This document shows, one piece after another, positions 1-7,231 of a stretch of 52,812 nucleotides of DNA. Source of the DNA: a virus (taxonomy: Duplodnaviria; Caudoviricetes). Position numbers and translations under genes: made by a program. The first letter of the stretch is position 1. Every line of letters begins with the position of its first letter. The notes beneath the pieces were generated by a model. It had not been told where the DNA came from. It saw only the letters and a list, made by a program, of their open reading frames with translations, and searched no databases. The DNA is taken from positions 1 through 52,812 of IMG/VR virus record IMGVR_UViG_3300037070_000996. One strand, written 5' to 3'.

Positions 1-1
1 G

Positions 2-127
2 AACGGAAAAGTCTTCAACAACAGTCTTATTTTCCGCTCTATAGAAGTGCTTGATGCAGCGATTGTGGGCTACGATGCGAGCGAATTTCTTGTCATCCCT
101 ATCGTTGGGTGAGCATCGAGCGACACC
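2..127. repeat. 126-bp terminal overlap, identical to 52687-52812 (circular assembly overlap)
   Basis: Direct comparison. Base 1 (g) differs from 52686 (t). A minus-strand ORF reads through the junction, so this is more likely an assembler overlap than the physical terminal repeat. Confidence 0.9.
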
Positions 128-316
128 CATTCGTGTAGTGCTCGTCCTTCCCTTTGTGTCGACGAGCCAGGCATATGTGACACGTTTGGCGCGTAAGCCC
201 GTACGAGGGTGTGGGATGATATCTTTGGGATCTGTGCTGTGACAATATCTAATCTTGTATCCTTCCGGAACTGGCAGTAACTGAAGGTTTTTGATATTGA
301 TCCGTGGTGTGTTCAC
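2..316 (-). CDS. Hypothetical phage protein (~117 aa) spanning the circular junction, continuing 52686->52648
   Basis: GTG at 316 after a GGAG RBS. The frame MNTPRINIK...ARCSPNDRDDKKFARIVAHNR...FSV is open to base 2, then reads TNTPLPRNLEIG-TAA (52648-52650). Confidence 0.75.
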   Translation of the reverse strand, partial: MNTPRINIKNLQLLPVPEGYKIRYCHSTDPKDIIPHPRTGLRAKRVTYAWLVDTKGRTSTTRMGVARCSPNDRDDKKFARIVAHNRCIKHFYRAENKTVVEDFSV

Positions 317-341
317 GAGTAATCTCCGATTGAAGGAATGA

Positions 342-415
342 TGGAGGGAGGGGAGGGAATCGAACCCTCACTTGGAGAGCCACAATCTCACGTGCTACCT
401 TTACACTGCCCACCC
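342..415 (-). tRNA. tRNA-His(GUG), atypical
   Basis: Cloverleaf GGGTGGG CA GTGT..GCAC G TGAGA TTGTGGC TCTCC AAGT GAGGG TTCGATT CCCTC CCCTCCC T CCA, with encoded CCA. Confidence 0.85.
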
Positions 416-443
416 TAGGCCAATGCTCGTCACTCGAATTCAG

Positions 444-974
444 TTACGCCTTCGAGTCTAGATACTCAATAAGTGACTTGATTTCGTTTCGACCATCCTC
501 GATCTTCTTGAGCAAGGACTTCGGCTTGTGTTCGATCAGTTCTTGTTGCTTTATCGCCGCCTCCTTGGCAGCGATGTGTGTATAGATGAGATCGTCGCTC
601 ATAGTAGCGATGTCGACACCATTGAGGAACTTCTTTTCTTCAAAGAATTTAGGGGGCATAACAATCTCCTTAGTAGTATTAGCGCTCGCGGTACCTATAT
701 GGTGCACTGTTGGCACCCGCCCGCCCAACGGCTTTTCCGGTGTTTTTGCAAATACGCAACCTCGGGCCGAGAGTTCACCATGCCAGCGATTATCGAAATA
801 CTCAAGTAACCGCGCCATTGGCAGGGCAGGCGCCTGGTGAGCGCCGAATTTTACCACACAAGTACACCCAATGAGCGACTCCCGACTCTCAGGTTGCATG
901 CAATATACGTACTTCTTGTAAAACTTCTGGTCGTTCTCCAGTGTCAAAGTAATATCTTCGAAAGTGGGTGTCAT
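444..974 (-). CDS. Hypothetical protein with C-terminal coiled coil
   Basis: ORF track 444..1022; AAGGAGG RBS precedes the ATG at 974. Confidence 0.75.
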   Translation of the reverse strand: MTPTFEDITLTLENDQKFYKKYVYCMQPESRESLIGCTCVVKFGAHQAPALPMARLLEYFDNRWHGELSARGCVFAKTPEKPLGGRVPTVHHIGTASANTTKEIVMPPKFFEEKKFLNGVDIATMSDDLIYTHIAAKEAAIKQQELIEHKPKSLLKKIEDGRNEIKSLIEYLDSKA

Positions 975-1078
975 ACACGCCTCCTTAAAATTCAATACGG
1001 TTACCGTGTCCGTAGCCGTCAACGCGCGGCGGAGTCTGCTAGGCCACTTGCGTTAGACCCAGCCCTAGAACTCTGCGG

Positions 1079-1966
1079 TTACTTGCCTGCGTTCGGCACC
1101 GTAATGAAGGGGACAGCACCACCAGCCATCGTCACCGGGAGGCGTCCATCCCACTTCTCCAGCGCCGACAGTTCGATGGTTGCGGGGTTCTCTCGAAGTG
1201 CCTTTCCCTTGATCGAGATGGCTTCTGCTTCAGCATTAGCCTGCAAGATGCGGGATTCTGCCCAACCTCGCGCAGCTGCCACCTTCTTGTCAGCTTCTGC
1301 CTTTGCAATAGCTACACCGTTCTGTGCAGTAATGGCATCCTGAGTCGCCTTGATTGAGGCATTGATAGACTGTGTCACTTGTTGAGGAAGGCGAAACCCA
1401 CCGGCCCAATACAGCTTCTCCACATTGATACCCAGAGGAGCTACGTGAGCCTGCACTCTAGCCTGCACATCGAGCAACAGCTTCTCCTTAGCCGTATAAA
1501 CAGTCTCGATCTTCATCTTTCCAGCTTCGGCGACGAAAGCATCCTTTACGATATTTCTGAGATACAAGTCCGTAATCTCGTCGATACCCCTTCGATACTT
1601 CTGGAAAAGTGTCGTCACCTTGCCGGGATTGACGGCGTAAGTGATGCCAACGTCGGCGTTCACGTTCATCCCCTCGATGGATTGAAACGTAATCGATTCG
1701 TCCTGATTGCCAGTAAAGCTCGTACTCTTGTTGTCCGGCTCCTTTGTCCATACGTACGTCTGCGTGTACGTAGGGAAAAGGTACAACTCCTCATTCACAC
1801 CGATCCAGTATCGACCTGGGCTCAACTCTTCAGTATCGACCCCCTTGCTCCCTCCCAATAAGTAAGCCTTTACACCTACATTTCCAACTGGCACCTTCGA
1901 GCACGCGATGGCTAGAAAGCCGATACCGCATACCAGTAGTGCTCGACCGATTGTCTTCATATTCAT
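1079..1966 (-). CDS. SPFH/Band 7 (prohibitin-like) membrane protein, possible lipoprotein
   Basis: Signal/lipobox-like N-terminus (GIGFLAIAC), VPVGNVGVK, NVNADVGITY, Ala/Glu coiled coil and a KWDGRLP tail typical of phage SPFH proteins. Confidence 0.9.
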   Translation of the reverse strand: MNMKTIGRALLVCGIGFLAIACSKVPVGNVGVKAYLLGGSKGVDTEELSPGRYWIGVNEELYLFPTYTQTYVWTKEPDNKSTSFTGNQDESITFQSIEGMNVNADVGITYAVNPGKVTTLFQKYRRGIDEITDLYLRNIVKDAFVAEAGKMKIETVYTAKEKLLLDVQARVQAHVAPLGINVEKLYWAGGFRLPQQVTQSINASIKATQDAITAQNGVAIAKAEADKKVAAARGWAESRILQANAEAEAISIKGKALRENPATIELSALEKWDGRLPVTMAGGAVPFITVPNAGK

Positions 1967-1983
1967 CTCTTCAATCTCCAAAG

Positions 1984-1998
1984 GTTAACTACGTTAAC
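1984..1998. repeat. GTTAAC-N(2-5)-GTTAAC double-palindrome motif, copy 1 of 12
   Basis: Other copies at 2872, 3708, 5336, 6091, 6156, 12245, 31320, 35285, 45674, 48301 and 52639. Confidence 0.9.
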
Positions 1999-2020
1999 AA
2001 AACACTCACTCTCTCAACAA

Positions 2021-2254
2021 TCAAACCCTGCGAATAAGCGAACTCCCCCAACAAAGCCAGACACCCAACAAAGCGACACCAGTCACTACTTCCAGACTGT
2101 TCGCAGAACTAATCAATGAGGGGCCGGCGAAACCTATCAAGAAAAAACCTATAACTGTGAACATCCACACTTCATTTCGATTACGGGGACGCATGCGTGC
2201 AACCTCCTGATACGTGACGTGACGCGAGTTTCTCGAGGCGAATACGGGGGGCAA
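2021..2254 (-). CDS. Small two-TM membrane protein (true start probably the internal MRPRN)
   Basis: Two hydrophobic segments; lies immediately upstream of the SPFH gene. Confidence 0.65.
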   Translation of the reverse strand: MPPVFASRNSRHVTYQEVARMRPRNRNEVWMFTVIGFFLIGFAGPSLISSANSLEVVTGVALLGVWLCWGSSLIRRV

Positions 2255-2291
2255 AAAGACGTGATGTGGTAAACCGAGGTAGACTTAGAGG

Positions 2292-2546
2292 TTAGTCGAT
2301 CGGAAAACCGAAGCTGCGAACCATGACAGGGAAGGGTTCACGAGAGGCAATCCCGTGTGCAGGACACGGTGACGGAGTTTTGGGTGATATTTGACGCATC
2401 AAGAACTGAGCGTCAGCCACACTTATCTGAGTGACAAGTGTGTCGTTTTGAAGTGCGGATTGAACAGCAATACCGAGACGTTCGATTACATCTTCGGTCG
2501 TAGTCTTAGAGCGCATGGTCGGGATATCCCAGTGATGAGTCGACAT
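2292..2546 (-). CDS. Hypothetical protein
   Basis: 84-aa ORF co-oriented with the early genes. Confidence 0.5.
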   Translation of the reverse strand: MSTHHWDIPTMRSKTTTEDVIERLGIAVQSALQNDTLVTQISVADAQFLMRQISPKTPSPCPAHGIASREPFPVMVRSFGFPID

Positions 2547-2701
2547 GCACCATAGCCAATGGTGGGAGCGTTCTGTCGCGGCCGTGATTTATGCGGCTCT
2601 GGTCAGTGTCGCCATTTCGGCTTGTTCTAAGTCACCCACCAAGGCTAATCCCTTGCTTAGTGGGAGATTACGTTTTAAATAGTAACGTAGTACCCCTAAT
2701 C

Positions 2702-2816
2702 GGCGGAGCAGGGGAATCGAACCCCTACAGCACGCACCAGTTATAGTCGGTGACAAGCCAACAAGGCAAGTCCCCTAAATCTGGTGTTTGTGATGCCAGC
2801 TATCCTAGCTCCCGCC
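2702..2816 (-). ncRNA. tRNA-like structured RNA (acceptor-like stem + T-arm + long hairpin)
   Basis: T-arm AGGGG-TTCGATT-CCCCT; closing stem GGCGG(G)AGC/GCTCCGCC; internal CACCAG/CTGGTG helix. Confidence 0.55.
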
Positions 2817-2886
2817 ACCGAGTCCACACGCTCGGCTTGCCTGTATCAAATCTATAATCAATCCTCCATAGGTTAACTAGTTAACA

Positions 2887-3072
2887 TTAGATCCAGATCT
2901 CATGCTCGCGAACCGGGAAGTTCTCGGCTTCACGTAAGGCTTTGTCGATCGCACTTTCCCAAAGTAGCTGAGATGGCGGTGTGCACTCCTCTCTATCAGG
3001 CTGTTTACCACGATTGTACAGCAGTATTGTGCCCAAAATTGCAACAATCCACCACAAACTAGCGCGGGCCAT
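2887..3072 (-). CDS. Small membrane protein
   Basis: N-terminal TM segment (LWWIVAILGTILL); start overlaps the upstream stop. Confidence 0.65.
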   Translation of the reverse strand: MARASLWWIVAILGTILLYNRGKQPDREECTPPSQLLWESAIDKALREAENFPVREHEIWI

Positions 3073-3320
3073 TAGTGCAAATCCTCCATAATCTTTGTCA
3101 GCATCCTAAGATCCAGATCTCGTTTTGCCTGTTCATCTTCGCCGCAATACCGCACGTATTCCTGACAACGTTTACAGGCTGGGCATGTGTGCTCTCGGAA
3201 GGCATCCCAGTTCGCAAAATCCTCTGTTCTGATTGGCCTTGTGTGCGTCCATACGTGCCCGCACTCGCCACATTTGTGACTGTGTGTGTCCGGTCTGGCG
3301 CTGCAAATCGTTATTCGCAT
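3072..3320 (-). CDS. Small zinc-finger protein
   Basis: HKCGECGH...HTCPAC motifs; GGGGAAG RBS-like sequence upstream. Confidence 0.65.
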   Translation of the reverse strand: MRITICSARPDTHSHKCGECGHVWTHTRPIRTEDFANWDAFREHTCPACKRCQEYVRYCGEDEQAKRDLDLRMLTKIMEDLH

Positions 3321-3359
3321 GTTCGCTTCCCCGCTCGTCGGCCGTCGAATTTCTTGTGG

Positions 3360-3470
3360 CTAGAACACAAATACCACTACTAAGACCACGACAAAGATCA
3401 CAACCAATGCTATTAAGCATGCGGTAATGATAGCCGCAGACAGTGTGTTGTAGTCGTGAGGGCGCCTCAT
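3360..3470 (-). CDS. 36-aa single-TM peptide (not in ORF track)
   Basis: MRRPHDYNTLSAAIITACLIALVVIFVVVLVVVFVF*; ATGA overlap with the upstream ORF. Confidence 0.55.
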   Translation of the reverse strand: MRRPHDYNTLSAAIITACLIALVVIFVVVLVVVFVF

Positions 3471-3679
3471 TGCGACACATACGCGTGAGTAGCGTCCGTG
3501 TACTCAGAAATATAAGGCTCAAGGGAGGAGCGCTTGGCAGCTGACTCAAGCGTGATGTCGTCCATGCCTATGGGTGGCAGTCGTGACATCCGCGCCATGT
3601 GTCTGGCGTCGCGTCTCTTGCGTTGTTGACCGCACCACACGGCGCGACCTTGTATCACAGTATAGACTCTATGGTTCAT
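3467..3679 (-). CDS. Hypothetical basic protein
   Basis: MNHRVYTV... within track ORF 3467..3844; AGGGG RBS upstream. Confidence 0.5.
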   Translation of the reverse strand: MNHRVYTVIQGRAVWCGQQRKRRDARHMARMSRLPPIGMDDITLESAAKRSSLEPYISEYTDATHAYVSQ

Positions 3680-3959
3680 CGCAAATACCCCTATATAATC
3701 CGTAATTGTTAACGCAGTTAACATCTCTTGCTGCTTACCGTGTGCAGCGACACCTATCGGGGGGACGCTGGCTAGCGTGCGCCTGATTATGCCGGATGCG
3801 TCGAACCTAACAGCGCGCAGATACTTGGGGGTGCGCTGCCCCATTAGCTACAATTTATATGCCTATCGGTACCGGCTCGCACCGTCACCCTCTCACATTG
3901 GTACATCCTCCGTAGTAGATTGTCGGCCGTGACTGGCTCGAGTCTCCATTTGCAGGGCT

Positions 3960-3988
3960 AGTATGGCACACAGCCACTGTTATGTCAA
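3960..3988 (-). promoter_or_regulatory. Sigma70-type early promoter
   Basis: TTGACA-N17-CATACT with extended -10 TG, directly after a terminator. Confidence 0.7.
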
Positions 3989-3994
3989 ATCGCA

Positions 3995-4031
3995 TAAAAA
4001 AGCCCCCTCAAATGATTAGATCTGAGGGGGT
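3995..4031 (-). terminator. Rho-independent terminator
   Basis: CCCCCTCA/TGAGGGGG stem followed by a T6 run on the minus strand. Confidence 0.7.
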
Positions 4032-4069
4032 AAAACGGCGCCACTATACGGCAGGCGCCGGGGGTACGA

Positions 4070-4234
4070 TTAGTCGGGATCTCGCTTAGTCCAGAACAGT
4101 CTGCACGGCGCACGGTAGCGATCTAGAAGGAACGCTGCTCCTGACAGCATCTGAGCCCTAGCGTGTGCGTGTAGGTGCTCACTAGGCTTCACAGTCGGGC
4201 GCTTTGGCGCCGGTATTGGCTTACGTGCTTTCAT
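4070..4234 (-). CDS. 54-aa basic hypothetical protein (not in ORF track)
   Basis: MKARKPIPAPKRPTVK...KRDPD*; AAGGGG RBS. Confidence 0.5.
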   Translation of the reverse strand: MKARKPIPAPKRPTVKPSEHLHAHARAQMLSGAAFLLDRYRAPCRLFWTKRDPD

Positions 4235-4270
4235 CGAGCTGTTACCCCTTCGTCAGTTTCTTGCGAACAG

Positions 4271-4306
4271 AAAAAAGGCCACGAGAGACATCATCCCCCG
4301 TGGCCC
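4271..4306 (-). terminator. Rho-independent terminator
   Basis: GGCCACG/CGTGGCC stem plus T-run, downstream of the 4329 ORF. Confidence 0.65.
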
Positions 4307-4328
4307 GTGTTGCGTCAAACGCTTGAGA

Positions 4329-5237
4329 TTAGAGAGCCTCACTCGCTGATGCTGCTACCTCCGCATCTCTACCAGCCCGACGCCCACGCGGGCGCTTAGC
4401 AGGCATATACTTGGCAATCTCATTGAGCGCCTCATCGAGCACATCCTTGATATCCTCCGACTGATCCGGGTTAGCTGCCAGTGCAGCGTGCACATCCTTG
4501 ATCAGCCTGTCCATTGTCGGCCCTACCGTCTCGTCCGCCGCGATACCATTGAGATCAAGGATAGTCTCGGAGACTACGGCCGCGTCTGTTGCTCCTGCCT
4601 CTACCTCACCGCCAGCACGGCGACTGATCGTCGGAGTTGCAACCTGACGATAGGCAGTGGCACTCGCAAAATCACGAGGGTCATAGCCCTTATCCATCGA
4701 TCGCAGGTACTGAGACTTGTATGTCCTCCAGCTAGTGGATATGGCCAGATTGAGATTGACCTTCTCGGCTTGTGGGTTGGCCTGCTTGTAGGCTTTCAGT
4801 GCAGCGTCCTCAACGTATGTGCACAGTTTAGCAAACATGCCCGCCCTGTACTGAGGGCGTTCGTCCGAGGCTCCAGCGGCTTCGTAGGCGAGCCGGAACA
4901 TGACATCAGACAGACCAGTCTTCTTTTCGTCCAACTCCTTTTTTACGAGCTGGTATTCCTGGCCGGCCTGCGAAAACTCATTCATCAGCGCCAAGGCGCG
5001 CTTGCGGGTGTCCTTGGGCAGGGTCAGGTCCTGAGCAGGGATCTGATCCAGCTTGACCTGTGCCACCGGCTCAGGCACTGCGCTAGCCTGCTCCTTAGCA
5101 TCCAGTTTCTCGGCATTGGGATCTTCCTTGCCTACCAGTGCCGGGTGCTCTCGCAGCACATCCCGTGCCGTTGCTGCCGTTGTCGGACGAGTAGCCATAG
5201 CCACTGCCTGCCTTACTGCATTTTGATTTCTAGCCAT
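4329..5237 (-). CDS. Large early hypothetical protein (~302 aa, helical, Ala-rich)
   Basis: Long ORF with a GAGG RBS before the ATG at 5237; has its own promoter-like site and terminator. Confidence 0.85.
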   Translation of the reverse strand: MARNQNAVRQAVAMATRPTTAATARDVLREHPALVGKEDPNAEKLDAKEQASAVPEPVAQVKLDQIPAQDLTLPKDTRKRALALMNEFSQAGQEYQLVKKELDEKKTGLSDVMFRLAYEAAGASDERPQYRAGMFAKLCTYVEDAALKAYKQANPQAEKVNLNLAISTSWRTYKSQYLRSMDKGYDPRDFASATAYRQVATPTISRRAGGEVEAGATDAAVVSETILDLNGIAADETVGPTMDRLIKDVHAALAANPDQSEDIKDVLDEALNEIAKYMPAKRPRGRRAGRDAEVAASASEAL

Positions 5238-5296
5238 GATAAATCGCCTCGCGTTACATGTTGATGGATCCAGCCCCATTGCGTCGGGGTGGACGT

Positions 5297-5326
5297 ATCA
5301 GATCACGAGTCACTAGCCGGTGTCAA
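5297..5326 (-). promoter_or_regulatory. Probable sigma70 promoter with a GTTAAC double site just upstream of -35
   Basis: TTGACA-N18-TCTGAT; motif at 5336-5350. Confidence 0.45.
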
Positions 5327-5540
5327 GCCCTGCAAGTTAACGCAGTTAACAAATGCCCGGTGGCTCGACAGGCCCCTGAGGCTTTCGCCTCTTTCGGAAG
5401 CCGAGCTTCCTTATACGTATAAACCCTTACCCTCCCACATCAATTAGTGTGCCAACAGTATGGCCCATTGCAAAACTTAATGCAAATCGTTCGAACCATA
5501 CCCACGTACGTGCACTCATTTATACATGCGCGCCTGCGCC

Positions 5541-5569
5541 CGCGTAGCACAGTCCTGGGCTTGTGTCAA
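5541..5569 (-). promoter_or_regulatory. Possible sigma70 promoter
   Basis: TTGACA-N17-TACGCG with extended TGTG. Confidence 0.4.
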
Positions 5570-5584
5570 CCGGCATTAACCATG

Positions 5585-5607
5585 AAAAAGGGGGCCGAAG
5601 CCCCCTG
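5585..5607 (-). terminator. Rho-independent terminator
   Basis: G-rich/C-rich stem around a TTCG loop, followed by TTTT on the minus strand. Confidence 0.75.
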
Positions 5608-5634
5608 TATCCTCCCAATGCCCGTTAGTTTCTG

Positions 5635-5826
5635 TCACCAAGCTGGCCTTACAGCATACCAAGCCTTGAGGCGCTCTGCTGGTGTCATGATGCCCCTACC
5701 CAGCTCGCAGCGCAGCATGATGTCAGCGTCCCTACGCTCCGGCCTGGCAACCTGCAGTTCGTACTGCTCAGGCTGTGTGTCCGACAGTGCCCACACGTAC
5801 CACAAACACCAAGGATAGGCGTTCAT
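5635..5826 (-). CDS. Hypothetical early protein
   Basis: ATGA overlap with the upstream ORF; followed by a terminator. Confidence 0.6.
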   Translation of the reverse strand: MNAYPWCLWYVWALSDTQPEQYELQVARPERRDADIMLRCELGRGIMTPAERLKAWYAVRPAW

Positions 5827-6020
5827 GGCTTACTGCCCATAGCTCTGTTCGCATCATGCTCAGAGTGCAGTCTGTCCTCGGCTGCCTTCCAGTTGTTGGG
5901 GCGCCTAGCCCTGGCAGCCTGCTCACGAAGGAAGAGCTGTTGAGACCTGCAATCCAGGATACCACGGACAGCAGACACGAACAGCCAGATAGCAATCAGT
6001 AATAGTATGAGTGTCATCAT
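5823..6020 (-). CDS. First early gene, small membrane protein
   Basis: MMTLILLLIAIWLFVSAV TM segment; GAGGT RBS; promoter-like TTGCAA-N18-TACCTT at 6050-6079. Confidence 0.65.
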   Translation of the reverse strand: MMTLILLLIAIWLFVSAVRGILDCRSQQLFLREQAARARRPNNWKAAEDRLHSEHDANRAMGSKP

Positions 6021-6059
6021 AAATACCTCAAGGTTGGACTGGAGGCAGCAAGGTATCAC

Positions 6060-6700
6060 GAAGCCAACAAGGATTGCAATAGCCCGTAGTGTTAACTGGT
6101 TAACAAATCAAGGATAGCGGGTATCTGAGCCAGTACGGCGATTGAGTACAGGAGAGTTAACAAATTGTTAACGATCGCAATGTCTTAGGGTAAGCACGAC
6201 TTGGGCATAGCACAAGGAGGGGTTTATCCCGATTAGGGATAAGCTTACCCGTCATATCCTGACTGCCCATAGGCAGTTTCTTGTTGATGCGTAGCATCCA
6301 CTGCCGGTGTATCGACAGCGAAGCGTTGATACCCGGGTATGAGGGGGGACGGTAGTCCTCCCGTGTTGATGAACTCGACCTAATAAATTTCTACCCGAAA
6401 TTATTAGATCTCGGGATATTTCTTAATATTGAAGAAACAACGAAAATAATTGGAACCTTTAAAGAGGTTCTAATTTTTGAGTTGTCTAATACTACGTATT
6501 TAGTAATATTACGAGTACATGGAAGTTAATAAGTTAGTACGTAAGTGCTAAGTTAGTAACGAGTACGAGTAGTTAGAATAGTTCGATAAGTAACTTGATT
6601 AGTCAAGTAGTGAAGCAGGATAGCGAACGGTACTTTGAGAACTATGATACTTGATAGTTTTTGTAGTTCAGTCCTGAACGACTTTAACTGAGCTATACGT
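6060..6700. other. Divergent non-coding region; probable physical genome end/terminal repeat and late control region
   Basis: Longest ORF-free stretch, with an AT-rich part. The two transcription arms diverge from it. Confidence 0.6.
6441..6571 (+). promoter_or_regulatory. Conserved regulatory block, copy A (late module)
   Basis: CGAAA(A)TAATTG, GTCTAA, TACGAGTACATGGAAG and CGAGTACGAGTA are shared with 45658-45771 on the minus strand. Confidence 0.7.
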
Positions 6701-6709
6701 TTTATTTGT

Positions 6710-6795
6710 GGATTGTTATAGTCGTATGGAGTGACCGCTGGCTGTAAACCAGCAGCCTTTGTGCTCGCTAGGTTCGATTCCTAGACATTCCACCA
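6710..6795 (+). tRNA. tRNA-Tyr(GUA)
   Basis: GGATTGT..GCTGG CTGTAAA CCAGC, long variable arm, CTAGG TTCGATT CCTAG ACATTCC A CCA. Confidence 0.9.
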
Positions 6796-6805
6796 ACCTC
6801 GGCCT

Positions 6806-6833
6806 GTGAGTGCAAGACTCACCCCCGCTACCA
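6806..6833 (+). pseudogene. Orphan tRNA 3' fragment (T-arm + acceptor strand + CCA)
   Basis: GTGAG TGCAAGA CTCAC CCCCGCT A CCA, with no matching 5' half nearby. Confidence 0.45.
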
Positions 6834-6891
6834 CCCTACCGGGTACCACTAGATCTCGTCCCCTACGCCCTCCCAGGAGCTTACAGCACCA

Positions 6892-7227
6892 ATGTCAACA
6901 CTGATTACAGATGCCTCCAGTAGGGCAGTCCAGCTTTTCCACCTATCTGGGGTACGTACTAATGTTACGACTACGGATGGTACGACGACAGCTGCTACAG
7001 CACTGCCGTCAGGGCTACCCGATGTTGGGGCTCTTGTCGAGGTTCGGGCTACAGACACCTGTTACGTAGCATTCGGAGATGCTTCTGTGGATGCTGAGGC
7101 AACCTCGGCTTCCATGCTGTTCCCGGCAGGAGAGAAGGTTCTTCAGCTACCTAGTGGTGTAACCCATTTTGCCGTGATCCGGGCTGGGTCAACCAATATC
7201 TCAGTTCAAGTGGAAAGGTTGGACTAA
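6892..7227 (+). CDS. Small beta-rich virion/fibre-associated protein
   Basis: AGGAG RBS; first gene of the late arm; beta-strand composition. Confidence 0.7.
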   Translation: MSTLITDASSRAVQLFHLSGVRTNVTTTDGTTTAATALPSGLPDVGALVEVRATDTCYVAFGDASVDAEATSASMLFPAGEKVLQLPSGVTHFAVIRAGSTNISVQVERLD

Positions 7228-7231
7228 CGGC

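Noticed and set aside
4225-4260. Hammerhead-like CTGACGA...GAAA on the minus strand
   Set aside because: No stem II can form, and the segment is explained as the RBS and start of a 54-aa ORF.
4488-5264. 258-aa plus-strand ORF and the many other antisense ORFs in the track (e.g. 837, 12824, 13774, 18876, 36954, 46777)
   Set aside because: They are shadows of well-supported genes on the opposite strand, with no RBS or motifs.
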